A DNA stretch of 64,000 bases from Octopus vulgaris. Lineage: Eukaryota. The position numbers and the translations under genes are program-made. Below the pieces are notes generated by a model. That model searched no databases. It saw nothing but the letters and a program-made list of their open reading frames with translations, and had not been told where the DNA came from. Of the stretch, positions 1 through 11,990 are shown piece after piece. The first letter of the stretch is position 1. Each line of letters begins with the position of its first letter. The DNA lies in assembly GCA_951406725.2 (NCBI GenBank), contig OX597830.1, positions 78,368,001-78,432,000 of the forward strand. Reading direction: 5' to 3'.

Positions 1-1194
1 GGCCCGGTTGAGTTGCTCGGGGTCTGGTTTGGTCCGGACCTCCAAGTGGAGAAGAACTGGAACGAGATAACGAGTAGGGTGGTCACTCTCGCCCGGCAAT
101 GGGCCGAGAGGAAACTGTCCCTAAAAGGTCGAGCGGAGGTGGCGAACACGTACATCGCGTCCGTCATCTACTACCGCCTGACCGTCGTACCTTGTCCCGA
201 CCCTACCATCACCAAACTACAACGCATCCTCTTTCGCTTCTTGTGGAAAGGATGCGTCCCGATGGTCAGGCGATCCATTTGCTGTCAACACCCGTTAAAA
301 GGAGGGCTGGGCATGCCGTGGTTGATGATGCGCAGACACGCGCTGAGACTGCGGCATCTCTGGCTCTATGTAGACGACGGTGAACAGGTGTGGTCGCCGT
401 TTGTGAGGCACGCTTTCCCGCAGCTCGTCTCCATGACCGAACTGCAGTCGTGGATCAAAAAGAGGCCGAGGAAGGGCGAATGGCACCGCGAGTGTCGCGT
501 TGCTCTCAAGCAACTCTGCCGTCCTGGGTCGACCTTAAGTGACTTCAACACAACCAAAGCATTCTATAGGGGTTTAGTGGAGGGGAGGTACGACGACGAA
601 CTCGGGGCGAACCTGGACGTCGACGAGGAGTACCTGACCCGCCTGTTCAGGACGACCTTCGGGCCAGGGCCCATGGACAACTTCCAGAGATCCCTGGCCT
701 GGCAGTGCTACCGAGAAGCGCTACCCGTTCGGGATAAGCTCTACAGACACGGCTCGAGAAACACGGGGCCGACCTGCCCGAGATGCGGTCAGAGCGACGA
801 AACCGTTCTGCACGCACTCGTTCAGTGCCCAACAATTTCCGACCTGTGGGCTTATGTCGAACAACTGCTGTCACGTGTGGGACGAGTCGGTTTATCAGCT
901 GAGTCTATCGTCAATATTGTCACGCCTCCTTCCTTCAAACGGGAAGGAAGAGCTATCTTCATCATCCTTGTGGCTATGGCGAAAGAATGTATCTGGTGGA
1001 CGCGTCGGAAAGGATTGGAGACAAACACTTTCCTCTCTGGTCAATCTCTCATCAACTTCTTCAAGTACCACTTGAAAAGGAAAGTGAGAGTAGAGAGGCA
1101 AGTTTTGTCTAGCGAATGTTTTAAAAAAAGATGGGTGAATGTAGCAAGAATGGCACGTATGAATGACGAAGCCACCTTGAGCATAGTCCTATGA
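1..1194 (+). CDS. 3' part of ORF2 (end of RT/thumb plus zf-RVT cysteine motif) of a Tx1/L1-clade non-LTR retrotransposon; ORF continues upstream of the window
   Basis: Frame open from base 1 (GPVELLGVWF) to stop at 1194. Motifs W..RKLSLKGR, FLWKG..V.R...C.....GGLG.P and CPRCGQSDETVLHALVQC are typical of Tx1/L1 ORF2. No stops or frameshifts; GC well above the surroundings. Confidence 0.92.
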   Translation, partial: GPVELLGVWFGPDLQVEKNWNEITSRVVTLARQWAERKLSLKGRAEVANTYIASVIYYRLTVVPCPDPTITKLQRILFRFLWKGCVPMVRRSICCQHPLKGGLGMPWLMMRRHALRLRHLWLYVDDGEQVWSPFVRHAFPQLVSMTELQSWIKKRPRKGEWHRECRVALKQLCRPGSTLSDFNTTKAFYRGLVEGRYDDELGANLDVDEEYLTRLFRTTFGPGPMDNFQRSLAWQCYREALPVRDKLYRHGSRNTGPTCPRCGQSDETVLHALVQCPTISDLWAYVEQLLSRVGRVGLSAESIVNIVTPPSFKREGRAIFIILVAMAKECIWWTRRKGLETNTFLSGQSLINFFKYHLKRKVRVERQVLSSECFKKRWVNVARMARMNDEATLSIVL

Positions 1195-1574
1195 ACCCAG
1201 AAATCGAAAACAGAGAGTTGCTTATTTGCAAAAAAAAAAAAAAAAAAAGAAATATAAAATGTGACTTCATTGACCGAGGTTACCGTGGTCTTTTCCGTAG
1301 GCTTTTCTTTCCACGGGTAAACCTCACCTGTCCTCCCCTTTACACTTCATATTGACATTTCTGTGATAACGATCCCTATTGATCAATTTTTTTCCTCTCC
1401 CCCTTTTTTTTAACCCCCTTTTTTTGTCCTCTTTCTCTCCTTTTACGATCCCTTTTGATCGAAACTCCCCCTTCCTTTTTTTTTTTTTTTTTTTTTTTTA
1501 AACCTTCAAAAGAAAAGCTCTACCTTGTAATTTGTTCTATCTGTGTGCAGCCCTGTGTGGCTAATAAAGAAACA

Positions 1575-1576
<2 letters not shown>
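1..1576 (+). mobile_element. Tx1-clade LINE 3' portion: ORF2 end plus ~380 bp pyrimidine-rich 3' UTR ending AATAAAGAAACATA, joined directly to (TCTA)n
   Basis: ORF as above; AATAAA at 1563-1568; the 3' boundary is defined by three further copies ending at the same base. Confidence 0.9.
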
Positions 1577-1646
<70 letters not shown>

Positions 1647-1822
1647 GACTGACTGTCCATATACCCATAGCTCTTCTCTATAGTTCTCACACTTTCTCTT
1701 TTTTTTTGTCTCTCTCGCTCTCTTTTTATCTTTTAATCTTACAAACCCTGTCTATTTATCTGTCTCTGTCTACCTATCTCTCTATCTATTTGTGTGTCAG
1801 TCTATCTATCTATCTGTCTATC

Positions 1823-1890
<68 letters not shown>

Positions 1891-1894
1891 CCTA

Positions 1895-1941
<47 letters not shown>

Positions 1942-2042
1942 CCTCTTTCTTTACTCCCTACTATCTTTCTGTACTTCTTCTCATCCAAACTACCGTCTAT
2001 CTTTCTCTCTCTCCCTCCCTTTCTGTCTGTCTCTCTTTCTCT

Positions 2043-2085
<43 letters not shown>

Positions 2086-2275
2086 TTATATACACATATA
2101 CGTATCTATTACACACAACGTATCCATTACATAACTATTCACTGATTTAACCCTCTGTTTTCGTATAATCCTAAGTTTCTTCTTGTTTACCTTGGTATTT
2201 GAATTGCATTCCATTTCACTGAGCCCATTACTAAAAATACATGCCCCCCAAAAACATTATTATATCTAAGATATG

Positions 2276-2338
<63 letters not shown>

Positions 2339-2682
2339 CGTGTGTGTGTGTGAGTACGCATGTGTATTTGTTTTCTTTCGTATCTATCTTTTCGCTATGC
2401 TATACATCTTGCCTTTCTCTCCATCTCTGAATATGGCCTCACAGCAAGCAGGCAAGGCCTATCTTCATCTCTTTCCCTTTCATTCATGACTCCTAAGTCT
2501 ACATTGACTAGTTGTTTATCTACGAGACTGCCTCTATGTACAGCTGACCAATATGTCTGACAATCTGTTTGTAACTTTAATACAATAGAAATATATCCAT
2601 TGGTTCCACCAAATGGGTTTAAAGACTAGATTACTCTCATTGTACTGTCTCTATCTTACACGTCTGTCCTACTTACAGACAA

Positions 2683-2755
<73 letters not shown>

Positions 2756-2757
<2 letters not shown>

Positions 2758-3014
2758 TGTTTCTTTATTAGCCACACAGGGCTGCACACAGATAGAACAA
2801 ATTACAAAGGTAGAGCTTTTCTTTTGAAGGGTTAGAAAAAAAAAAAAAAAAAAAAAAAAAAGGAAAGGGGGAGTTTCGATCAAAAGGGATCGTAAAAGGA
2901 GAGAAAGAGGACAAAAAAAGGGGGGTAAAAAAAAGGGGGGGGGGAGGGAAAAAAATTGATCAATAGGGATCGTTATCACAGAAATGTCAATATGAAGTGT
3001 AAAGGGGAGGACAG

Positions 3015-3015
<1 letters not shown>
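2756..3015 (-). mobile_element. 5'-truncated copy of the Tx1 3' UTR inside (GATA)n
   Basis: Reverse complement matches ~1327-1576 apart from homopolymer lengths; (GATA)n on both sides. Confidence 0.92.
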
Positions 3016-3108
<93 letters not shown>

Positions 3109-3110
<2 letters not shown>

Positions 3111-3257
3111 TGTTTCTTTATTGGCCACACAGGGTTGAACACAGAGGGGACAAAATACAAAGCAGAGCTTCTTTGGGGAAAGGAAAGAAAAAAAAAGAGA
3201 GAGGGTAAAATTTCGATCAAAAGGGATCGTGCTAACCCCCCCCCAAAAAAAAAAGCA
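3109..3257 (-). mobile_element. 5'-truncated 3' UTR of a diverged sister Tx1 subfamily inside (GATA)n
   Basis: Shares terminal CCCTGTGTGG(C/T)..AATAAAGAAACATA and ACGATCCCTTTTGATCGAAA motifs with 1445-1576 but differs between them. Confidence 0.8.
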
Positions 3258-3278
3258 TAGATGGATAGACAGATAGAC

Positions 3279-3329
<51 letters not shown>

Positions 3330-3405
3330 TAGGTAGATAGATAGATGGATGGATGGATGGATGGATGGATGGATGGATGGATGGATGGATGGATAGATGG
3401 ATAGA

Positions 3406-3693
3406 TATGTTTCTTTATTAGCCACACAGGGCTGCACACAGATAGAACAAATTACAAGGTAGAGCTTTTCTTTTGAAGGTTTAAGAAAGAAAAAAAAAAA
3501 AAGGAAGGGGGAGTTTCGATCAAAAGGGATCGTAAAAGGAGAGAAAGAGGACAAAAAAAAGGGGGGTTTAAAAAAAAGGGGGGAGGAAAAAAATTGATCA
3601 ATAGGGATCGTTATCACAGAAATGTCAATATGAAGTGTAAAGGGGAGGACAGGTGAGGTTTACCCGTGCAAAGAAAAGCCTACGGAAAAGACC
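3406..3693 (-). mobile_element. 5'-truncated copy of the Tx1 3' UTR inside (GATA/GATG)n
   Basis: Reverse complement matches ~1287-1576; upstream flank 3694-3760 is pure (GATA)n. Confidence 0.92.
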
Positions 3694-3760
<67 letters not shown>

Positions 3761-5038
3761 GGATGGATAAATAGATAGATTGATTGATTGAGAACTACAA
3801 ATAAATAGTCAGATACGCTAGTAAGAAGGTAGATATCTTTATTTGTGAATAAGTTGGTAGATAAAAAAAATGGCCTAAACATACCTTAGAGAGAGTTTTT
3901 GTCTGTTAACTGTTTGGAAAATCTTAATTGATCGACATTTTGAAGCATACGTTATACGGGTAATTCTACCATAGGTGAACTTACGGGCAGAACACAAAAA
4001 TACAACTGATATATATGTGTGTGTGTGTGTGTGATTTGTTTTTAATCATTTAAATTATTTCTCTGAAGAAGGAGCTTGTTTCTAACCAAGATACAAAGCT
4101 GCATCTTTGAAATGTAGATAACGGGAACAATGTCTCATTTTAAACCTTTTGAAAAGTCTTGTATTGTTTTACTGTTCCACTTACAGAATGTATTTGTAAT
4201 GAGCGAATCAGTTGGTTGATTAATTTTTCTGAAAATCCAAGCTTATGCGTGTATGTATGTATGTATGTATGTATGTATGTATGTATGTGCAAGCGTGTTT
4301 GTTTGTTTGTGAGTGTGTGTGTGCGTGTGTGTGTGTGTCACTAGTGGCCTTGGTAACTGAACAGAATATGCTAGGCTAATTCCGCCGAGGCCGACTTTGC
4401 CTTTGATCCTTTCAGGGTCGGTAAATTGAGTACCAGTTCCGTACTGGGGTTGATCTAATCGACTGGCCCGTTCCCCTAAAATTTCGGGCCTTGTGCCTAG
4501 AGTAGAAAAGAATATGCTGGGCAAATAAGTTATAATACGATAGCATTAGTTTCACCAAATAACCTCAATCACCGAAGTACACAAATTTCATATCGTTTCA
4601 AAACTATTATAAGCTGATATTACAAGGATTATAAAGAATTTGATCTCAGTATTAAATCCTTTAAAACGGTGCCCCAGCATGGCAGCAGTCCAATGAGTGA
4701 AACAAGTGAAAGAAAACATAACTGACTGAATGAAAAAAAGAATAAAATAAACAAGTGCATATCATCGTTCATACACTACAAATGATCACACTTCCACTGG
4801 ATATCCGGTTTCCTGTGCTATTCTATCTGATTATCTATCGTAAGATATCCAAACGTATCTCTTATCTTTGACACCCAGGAGACATTCGTCAATAGCGTGA
4901 GCTGCTCTCTCTTTCTCTTCTTCTGTACATATTTGTATTTGTGTGTGTATATAAATATATATGTATGTATATATATATTATATATTTATATATATATATA
5001 TGTGTGTGTGTGTGTATGTGTGCGCGTGTATGTATAGG

Positions 5039-5077
<39 letters not shown>

Positions 5078-5253
5078 GTGGCTGTATGGTAAGTAGCGTG
5101 CTTACCAACCACATGGTTCCGGGTTCAGTGTCCACTGAGTGGCACCTTGGGCAAGTATCTTCTACTAGAATCTCGGGCCGACCGAAGCCTTGTGAGCGGA
5201 TTTGGTAGACGGAAATTAAAAGAAGCGCGTTGTGTATATATATATGCATTATA

Positions 5254-5470
5254 TACTTTTCTACTCTCGGCACAAGGCCTGAAATTTTGGGGGAGGGGTC
5301 CAGTCGATTAGATCAACGCCACTACGCAACTGGTACTTAATGTATCGACCCCGAAAGGATGCAAGGCAAAGTCGACCTCGGCCGAATTTGAACTCAGAAC
5401 GTAAAGACAAACGAAATACCACTAAGCATTTCGCCCGGCATGCTAGCGTTTCTGCCAGCTCGACGCCTTA
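5254..5470 (-). mobile_element. Near full-length tRNA-like SINE, family A (representative copy)
   Basis: Family head GGCGAGCTGGCAGAA..GTTAGC (A-box-like) and GAGTTCAAATTC (B-box-like); body GTCGACTTTGCCTTTCATCCTTTCGGGGTCGATAAA..AGTACCAG; tail GGCCTTGTGCC..AGTAGAAA. Further copies near 4378-4514(+), 12150-12360(-), 22063-22280(+), 22341-22550(+), 22975-23170(+), 23563-23760(+), 26250-26665(+, two), 31430-32375 (four), 41720-41875(-), 44368-44770(-), 47445-47845(+), 57030-57230(+). Confidence 0.85.
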
Positions 5471-5607
5471 AAAGAATAGAATAACGATTTCAAATTTGTG
5501 CCACAAGGGCAGCTTGGAGGAGGGGATTGAGTCGATTACATCGACCTCATTACGTGACTGTTACTTGTATCCTTGAAAGGATATACATTATAGATATATA
5601 TGCATTA

Positions 5608-5845
5608 TATAGTTGAAATTTACAGGAAAACAAAAGACGAAGACAGGTGTATAAACAACAAGCAGGTATATTAGTTTGACGCTTAGGAATGTGAAAAAGT
5701 CTTTAATGTTTCGAGCGTGCGCTCTTTATTAGAAAGGGACATGATGAAATAAACAAAGAGAGAATAAAAAGAGTGGGAATAAAAAGAGAGAGACTAAAAA
5801 GAGAGAATAAAAAGATTTGTGGAGTTAGCCGTAATTCATATATCT
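5608..5845 (-). mobile_element. Penelope-like terminal repeat fragment with a decayed hammerhead motif at 5701-5736
   Basis: Minus strand CTTT-CTAATAA-AGAGC-GCAC-GCTC-GAAAC-ATT-AAAG aligns with the motif in the 34050-34553 element; TA-rich flanks. Confidence 0.45.
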
Positions 5846-6403
5846 GTTTAAGTGCATATGGGTATATTTGTATACATATGTTTACATATATATGTGTATA
5901 TATGTATATATATATGCATAAACAGATATAGACACGCACGCACGCACACACACACACACACTTACCTTTTCATTCTTATATTCTATTAATTCTGTTATTC
6001 CGTTAATCTTTTGCTTGTCCTGTCTTTCGTAGTAGATTTATTTACAACAATATCGCCACCATCTTGTCCTGATATAACGCTTAATAAATCAATAGAAACT
6101 ACTTGTTTATTCATACGTCAACAGACAGAGATCATCTCCAAGAATCGCTACCGGAACTAAGGAATTTTCTTTACCATTTTGTTGACCTAATCATATCATT
6201 GAATTCCTCAAACGAACTCGTTGTTGACTTTTTTGTTCGTTTGTGTTTTATTTTTTGCGTTTCTTTTAGTTTTATTTTATTTTTGTGTGCATGTGTTTTG
6301 TTTGCCGCTGCTGTTCATTTAATTTTTTTTATTTCATTTTATTTTGTATTTTTGTGTACTTTTTCCCCGTTGGTGATGAATTATGTCGAAGAGCGTGAAT
6401 GCG

Positions 6404-6453
<50 letters not shown>

Positions 6454-6831
6454 ACGGCAGTGTTTTCCTCTGTGCGTAAATGTGTATGCGTGTCGGTATA
6501 TATACATGTGTATTTATACATACATGCATATGTGTGTATAAACACACACACTCATGATGATATATGCATTCATATTCATATACAATCATAAATAAATGCA
6601 TATGTATGTGTGTGCGCGCGTACGTGCGTGTGTATACTGATACTTAATGTATATGTATATATATATGTGTAGATATAGAAAGATAGATAGATATAGATCT
6701 CTCTCCGTCTCTCTCTCTCTCTCCCTCTCTCCCCCACACACACAACCCACTTCCCTGTAGACTTATTCTTTGATTTATGAAATGGCAAATTAATAATAAT
6801 AATAATAATAACAACAACAAAAATAATGATG

Positions 6832-6950
<119 letters not shown>

Positions 6951-7424
6951 ATGGGCTACAGCAAATAATCTGCACAATACCACAGATTTGCTTGTCAGTT
7001 GTTTGACCTTAACCAGTTGGTCATGTCCCTTAGTGGCTGACGATATGTGCATCTCTGATCACATCACAAGCAGAAGTAGTGAGGGAGCATCATAGCCATG
7101 TGTTGAGAGGAATCTTTGAAGTTTTGAATAATTCACCTCTGGAAATATGGGTGTTTCATTCAACATCCTTAAACAACCTTTATTCAAAGACCACTTGTGT
7201 TGGATGGGCTACTTGACCAGAAGAAAATTCAAAATTCTAACTGGGCTCCACCTAAAAGGTCATGCGCTGTTTACCTTGATGTGAGATCACCATGTCATGC
7301 GCATTTGGTTGAGATGCATGTGCCTGGTGTACCTTTATGAGACGCGTAGTCACAATGTGTATACTGAGCATCGCATATTTTACCTCAGTGTCACTTTGAT
7401 GGCATGCACACCTCTCTCTCACTC
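6951..7424 (+). repeat. Unclassified interspersed repeat embedded in (TAA)n/(GAT)n
   Basis: Complex 474 bp block bounded by trinucleotide repeats, ending CTCTCTCACTC(AAT)n; 7023-7061 recurs inverted at ~22655-22693. Confidence 0.6.
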
Positions 7425-7474
<50 letters not shown>

Positions 7475-8047
7475 TGATGATGATGATGATATTATTATAA
7501 CAACTACAACAACAACAAAAACATTAAACTGTATTGCACTATGATGTAATAGATCTGTTCGATTAGGAACGACCTGAATCCAAAGATGATGTTCAAGAAT
7601 TCATCTGAATAAAAATGGGATCGTCTGAAGAAACGCTTTTGATCATGAGTATGCTAGACCAGGACTTAGCTTGTGTTACACTGTCATTAATAACAGCAGT
7701 AATAAATCCTAGATACAATTATGTCCGAATTTAAGATTAGATGGACACGGCTAAAATACCTTTGATGGTAGGTTTGCACGACAGGGACTCTAACCTGTTG
7801 AATAATGACGTCTCAGATACACTATATCTGAATAAAATATTGTGTGGTCTTAGTCGGAAGTACGTTGATCATAGGTCGCCAAGATTAGAGCTTTGACCTA
7901 GGGCTAAATAAAATGTTATTAATGATGTCCTAAATTCTCTATGTCACGTTTGTTCGTAGCTGTAATCTCTTCGATCATTGGTTTCCATCTCAAGAGCTCT
8001 GACTAATGGCGAAGCAAAATATTAATAACGATGTCCATGATTCACTA

Positions 8048-8252
8048 TACTCTTTTACTCTTTTACTTTTTCCAGTCATTTGACTGTGGCCATGCTGGAG
8101 CACCGCTTTTAGTCGAGCAAATCGACCCCAGGACTTATTCTTTGTTAGCCTAGTAATTATTCTATCAGTCTCTTTTGCCGAACCGCTAAGTGACGGGGAC
8201 GTAAATACACCATTGTTAAGCGATGTGGGGTGGGGGAAAACACACACACACA

Positions 8253-8325
<73 letters not shown>

Positions 8326-8460
8326 GACGGGCTTCTTTCAGTTTCCGTCTGCCAAATCCACTCACAAGGCTTTGGTCGGCCCGAGGCTATAGTAGAAGAC
8401 CTTGCCCGGATGCATGTGGTTTGTAAGCAAGATACTTACCACACAGCCACGCCTACGCCT
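8048..8460 (-). mobile_element. tRNA-derived SINE, family B, with CORE-like segment and internal (TA)n(TG)n
   Basis: Family head GTGGCTGTGTGGTAAG..GGGTTCAGTCCC, then GCACCTTGGGCAAGTGTCTT, internal microsatellite, tail GGCGGTGCTCCAGCATGGCC.CAGTCAAATGACTGAAAC. This copy has a deletion in the head. Other copies or fragments near 5075-5235, 16272-16430, 17120-17290, 24060-24450, 24484-25055, 35000-35165, 35850-36210, 38425-38545, 49690-50090, 54415-54862, 55665-55815. Confidence 0.85.
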
Positions 8461-8654
8461 ATGACTAAATAAAAGAGAAAGCGCAAAATTTCTCACGGAT
8501 CTCAATGGTTGCCGACTGAAGATCTAACCACAATCTTCTGAATCCCAAATGGACGTGTATTCACCACGATATTAACAACAGTCCGTATTCTTCTCCATGG
8601 GTTTATAAACATTTTTACTTTAAAATAGGTCAATAGGTCTTTCATGTGCCCTAG

Positions 8655-9048
8655 GGATCAAAAGACTGGACCTTAATCCGGTTTTTCATGGCATATAAAC
8701 GACTGAGATCACAACCAGCCCTATCCCTGGACGGGACGCCAGCCCACCGTAGAGTTAACTTCCCAACTATTGCCTGGAAATTATTTACAGCTGACTGAAC
8801 TGGAGCAACGTGAAATGAAGTGCTTCGCTCAGGAGCACAACGCATCCCCCTTCCCTGGACGGGACGCCAGCCCACTGTAGAGTTAACTTCCCAACTATTG
8901 CTGGAACTTATTTACAGCTGAGTGAACTGGAGCAACGTGAAATGAAGTGCTTCGCTCAGGAGCACAACGCATCGCTTGTTCCGGGGATCGAAACCACGCC
9001 CTTACGATCGCGAGTGCAACACCTTAACTACTAGGTCACACGCCTTCA
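8655..9048 (-). mobile_element. tRNA-derived CORE-like SINE related to family C, with an internal ~125 bp tandem duplication
   Basis: Head GAAGGCGTGTGACCTAGTAGTTAAGG..GGTTTCGATCCC on the minus strand; 8725-8846 repeated at 8852-8973. Confidence 0.75.
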
Positions 9049-9556
9049 CTTAAAATTTAAAAAAGCAACAAAATCGAAATAAAACAAAGGAAAAAAACTG
9101 AAAAGAAAAAAAAAAAATCAGGTAACAAGCTATACAGAGTTATCTGCCCGGATGAGTGAACGAGAAATAAATTATACAGCGGCCATGCTATATGCTCTCT
9201 TAACCAACGCATGACATAGTCGAACGTAACGCTTCATACCTCTCACTTCACATGGTTTTCTAAGAATTTTTTCTTTCTTTTTTCTTTTGGCTTTATATTT
9301 TTTCTTCTTCCACTCCTGTCTTCTGATAACATGATTCTTCTGCTTCTTTTTCTTCTTCCTCATCGTCTTCTCCTTTCTTATTCTTCATTTTACTTCTATA
9401 TTCTCTATTCTCTCTTTTTTTCCCGCTTCTCCTATATTCGCTTCTTCGTAGTTTCTTCTTCTTCTTTTTCTTTTTCTTCTTCTTCTACTTCTTCTTCCTC
9501 ACCTTCTTCTTCTTCTTCTTCTTCTTCTTCTTCTTCTTCTTCTTCTTCTTCTTCTT

Positions 9557-9589
<33 letters not shown>

Positions 9590-9605
9590 ATTATTATTAT
9601 TATCA

Positions 9606-9673
<68 letters not shown>

Positions 9674-10017
9674 TTTCTCCTTTTTGATTCTTCTTGATTC
9701 TGCCTTTTTTCTGTTATTCATTCTTCTTTGTCTCATTTTTCTTTCGTTCTTTCTTACCTTCGTGGAACATGGTTGAAGAATCTGAGATCCACCACCACAA
9801 TGTCCCTACTCTCCCCCTCTCTCACTTTCTCTTTTTTCTCTCTCCCTCACAATCAGCTGCTCTGTACAGTAACAAAATATTAGTTGAACCACTCATTATT
9901 TTTTTTTGTTCTCTAAGACAATCACTTCCACTCTTTTACACTTGAAGAATTTTACCACCGAGGTCTTGGTTGTGTATGGCATATTTCAATAGTGAATGTC
10001 GTCGTGGGATGATGATG

Positions 10018-10048
<31 letters not shown>

Positions 10049-10147
10049 CGACGACGACGACGATGATGATGATGATGATGACGACGATGATGACGACGAT
10101 GATGATGACGATGATGATGACACGACGAACCACTCAATACTTACCAT

Positions 10148-10325
10148 TCACAATCACAACAAGATGCAATAACACAAACCATGCAGTACATATCCTTTAC
10201 AATCACCGCGCGGTATTAGAACGCGATCCACACAACACATTGTACACAATCACCTCCCGATACTATAACACAAACCACGCAAAACATACCCTTCACAATC
10301 ATCACATAATACTATAACACAACCC
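10148..10325. repeat. Degenerate ~48 bp tandem repeat, about 4 units
   Basis: Recurring ACAATCAC...ATACTATAACACAAACCA. Confidence 0.55.
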
Positions 10326-10334
10326 CTAGAACAC

Positions 10335-10564
10335 CAGCGGTTCTCAACCATTTTTTTATCTTTGGATCCCTTTGATTCCTACTTCGCTCAACTGGACCCT
10401 CATAACCATTCATTGTTCAAAAATCCTATTATATTTTTTATAATCAAATATTATAAGGAATTGTATTAAAAAAAATGTTAATGCATTTTGTGTATTGTAG
10501 AACTATAACCAATTTATCATGCAATTTTACCAACAAAATCTTATATGGAGCTTGAGAACCACTC
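10335..10564 (+). mobile_element. hAT (Charlie-like) MITE; related inverted copies at ~42270-42760
   Basis: Termini CAGCGGTTCTCAAC ... TTGAGAACCACT; internal GGA.CCC motifs. No clean 8 bp TSD seen. Confidence 0.65.
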
Positions 10565-10817
10565 CTCTACAAGATCCCTACCTTGTCATATCACACAATG
10601 TATACGTTACATATTTGCCAACCGGTAAATTAAGACGACCTATATTTAATAGTGTTGCAAAGGTCCTCAGGACACAGAGCTAAGGGACACAAAAACTTAA
10701 GATGTATGATAGGCAAAAAAAAATTTCGTGCTTCTTCGTACTTAAGCTCTTGTGTGACCACTCTTTCCCTGTTGCAACACATTTGTTACTCTCTTGCTCT
10801 TCTGCTCACACGATACA

Positions 10818-11209
10818 TCTTTATATATAAAATTAAGGTTGTGTGCTGTCTGTCTCCTACGATTTAGATTCCTAACTACTCCCACATTTTGCGGTGCAGT
10901 TTAACCAAAACCGGGTATCTTATAGTCGTGATTCCTATCGAGCCCTTCTGGGTATTAGCGCACGTCTACGATGAGTCTACGATTTAAAACAAAAATTACC
11001 ATCAATTTTTCCCATTTTTAATGCATTTTTGGCATATATAAGGGAAGTAACTCTCTAAAAATGTATTAAATCTCAGAACGTAAAAAGCTACAGTAACACC
11101 CCACTTTGTGGTTAGCCATATTGAGATGGCTATTATACTTTACATCTCTAAAAATGCTTATATAGTTATTTCCCTTACAAACCCGAGCAACGCCGGGCGA
11201 TACTGCTAG
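10818..11209 (+). mobile_element. Non-autonomous Helitron
   Basis: 5' TC at 10818 after host A; subterminal GC hairpin CCCGAGCAACGCCGGG at 11182-11197; 3' CTAG at 11206-11209 followed by host T; no TSD. Confidence 0.85.
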
Positions 11210-11323
11210 TAATCTATACAAACATCATCCAACAAATACCATAACCAAAAATACAATAACGCATGATGTATAGAAGTATAGAATTACCACCAAATAAGGG
11301 ATCACGAGAAATACACTTCACCG

Positions 11324-11990
11324 AAGTTTCTCAAACCGCGGTGAGCGTACCCCTACGGGTACGCAAAAGTATTGAATTTGCGATGGTACTCGAGTTTTGT
11401 AAAAACACTGGAATTATGAAGTAATCCCAACAAATTAAATATATCTCATGTGTCTCAACGTGTGGCGAACTTTTTGCTGTTCTCATTCACTTATCAAGGG
11501 TTTTTCAATGTTTATAACTAAAAGTGTGTGTCTGTATGTGTGCTGAGAACGTATCAAGGTCCCTATACGACTATGTAGGCTCCTAAGACAACAAATGAAA
11601 GCGTCATGCAAGCTATCGGATGATACTCACTTTCGAGTGGCAGTTAAACGTTGTTTTGTATGTGTTGTGTTTGTTGTGTAGTTTAGTATTATCGGCTGCT
11701 TATGCTGGTCAGAGGTTCATAAACTTTTTAATCCGATGTACGCCATTTTGTCCGGCAGTGTTGACGTACCCACCTGAAGAATATTACGTAAAATTCTATA
11801 GAAAAGACAAGCATATTTTTTCCTTTTAATTTAATGTAAAAAAAAAAGAAGAATTAGTAAGCTGGCAGAATCGTTAGCATATATATTTCGTGTCTATTGA
11901 GAATGATATGTAGTAGAGTGTGCCTCCTGAAAATATGCCAAGAATTGAGTTACATGTAAAAAAGAGCCTAACTAATCCATCTCATTAAAA
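11324..11990 (+). mobile_element. Degenerate hAT/Charlie-like element
   Basis: Left end AGTTTCTCAAAC..GTACCCCTACGGGTACGC; 11897-11988 translates with frameshifts to IENDM...PRIELHVKKSLTNPSH*, resembling Charlie/ZBED5-type transposase C-termini. Confidence 0.5.

Noticed and set aside
4055-4125. CTGAAGA...GAAATGTA hammerhead-like spacing
   Set aside because: Stem I does not pair in register and stem II closure is poor.
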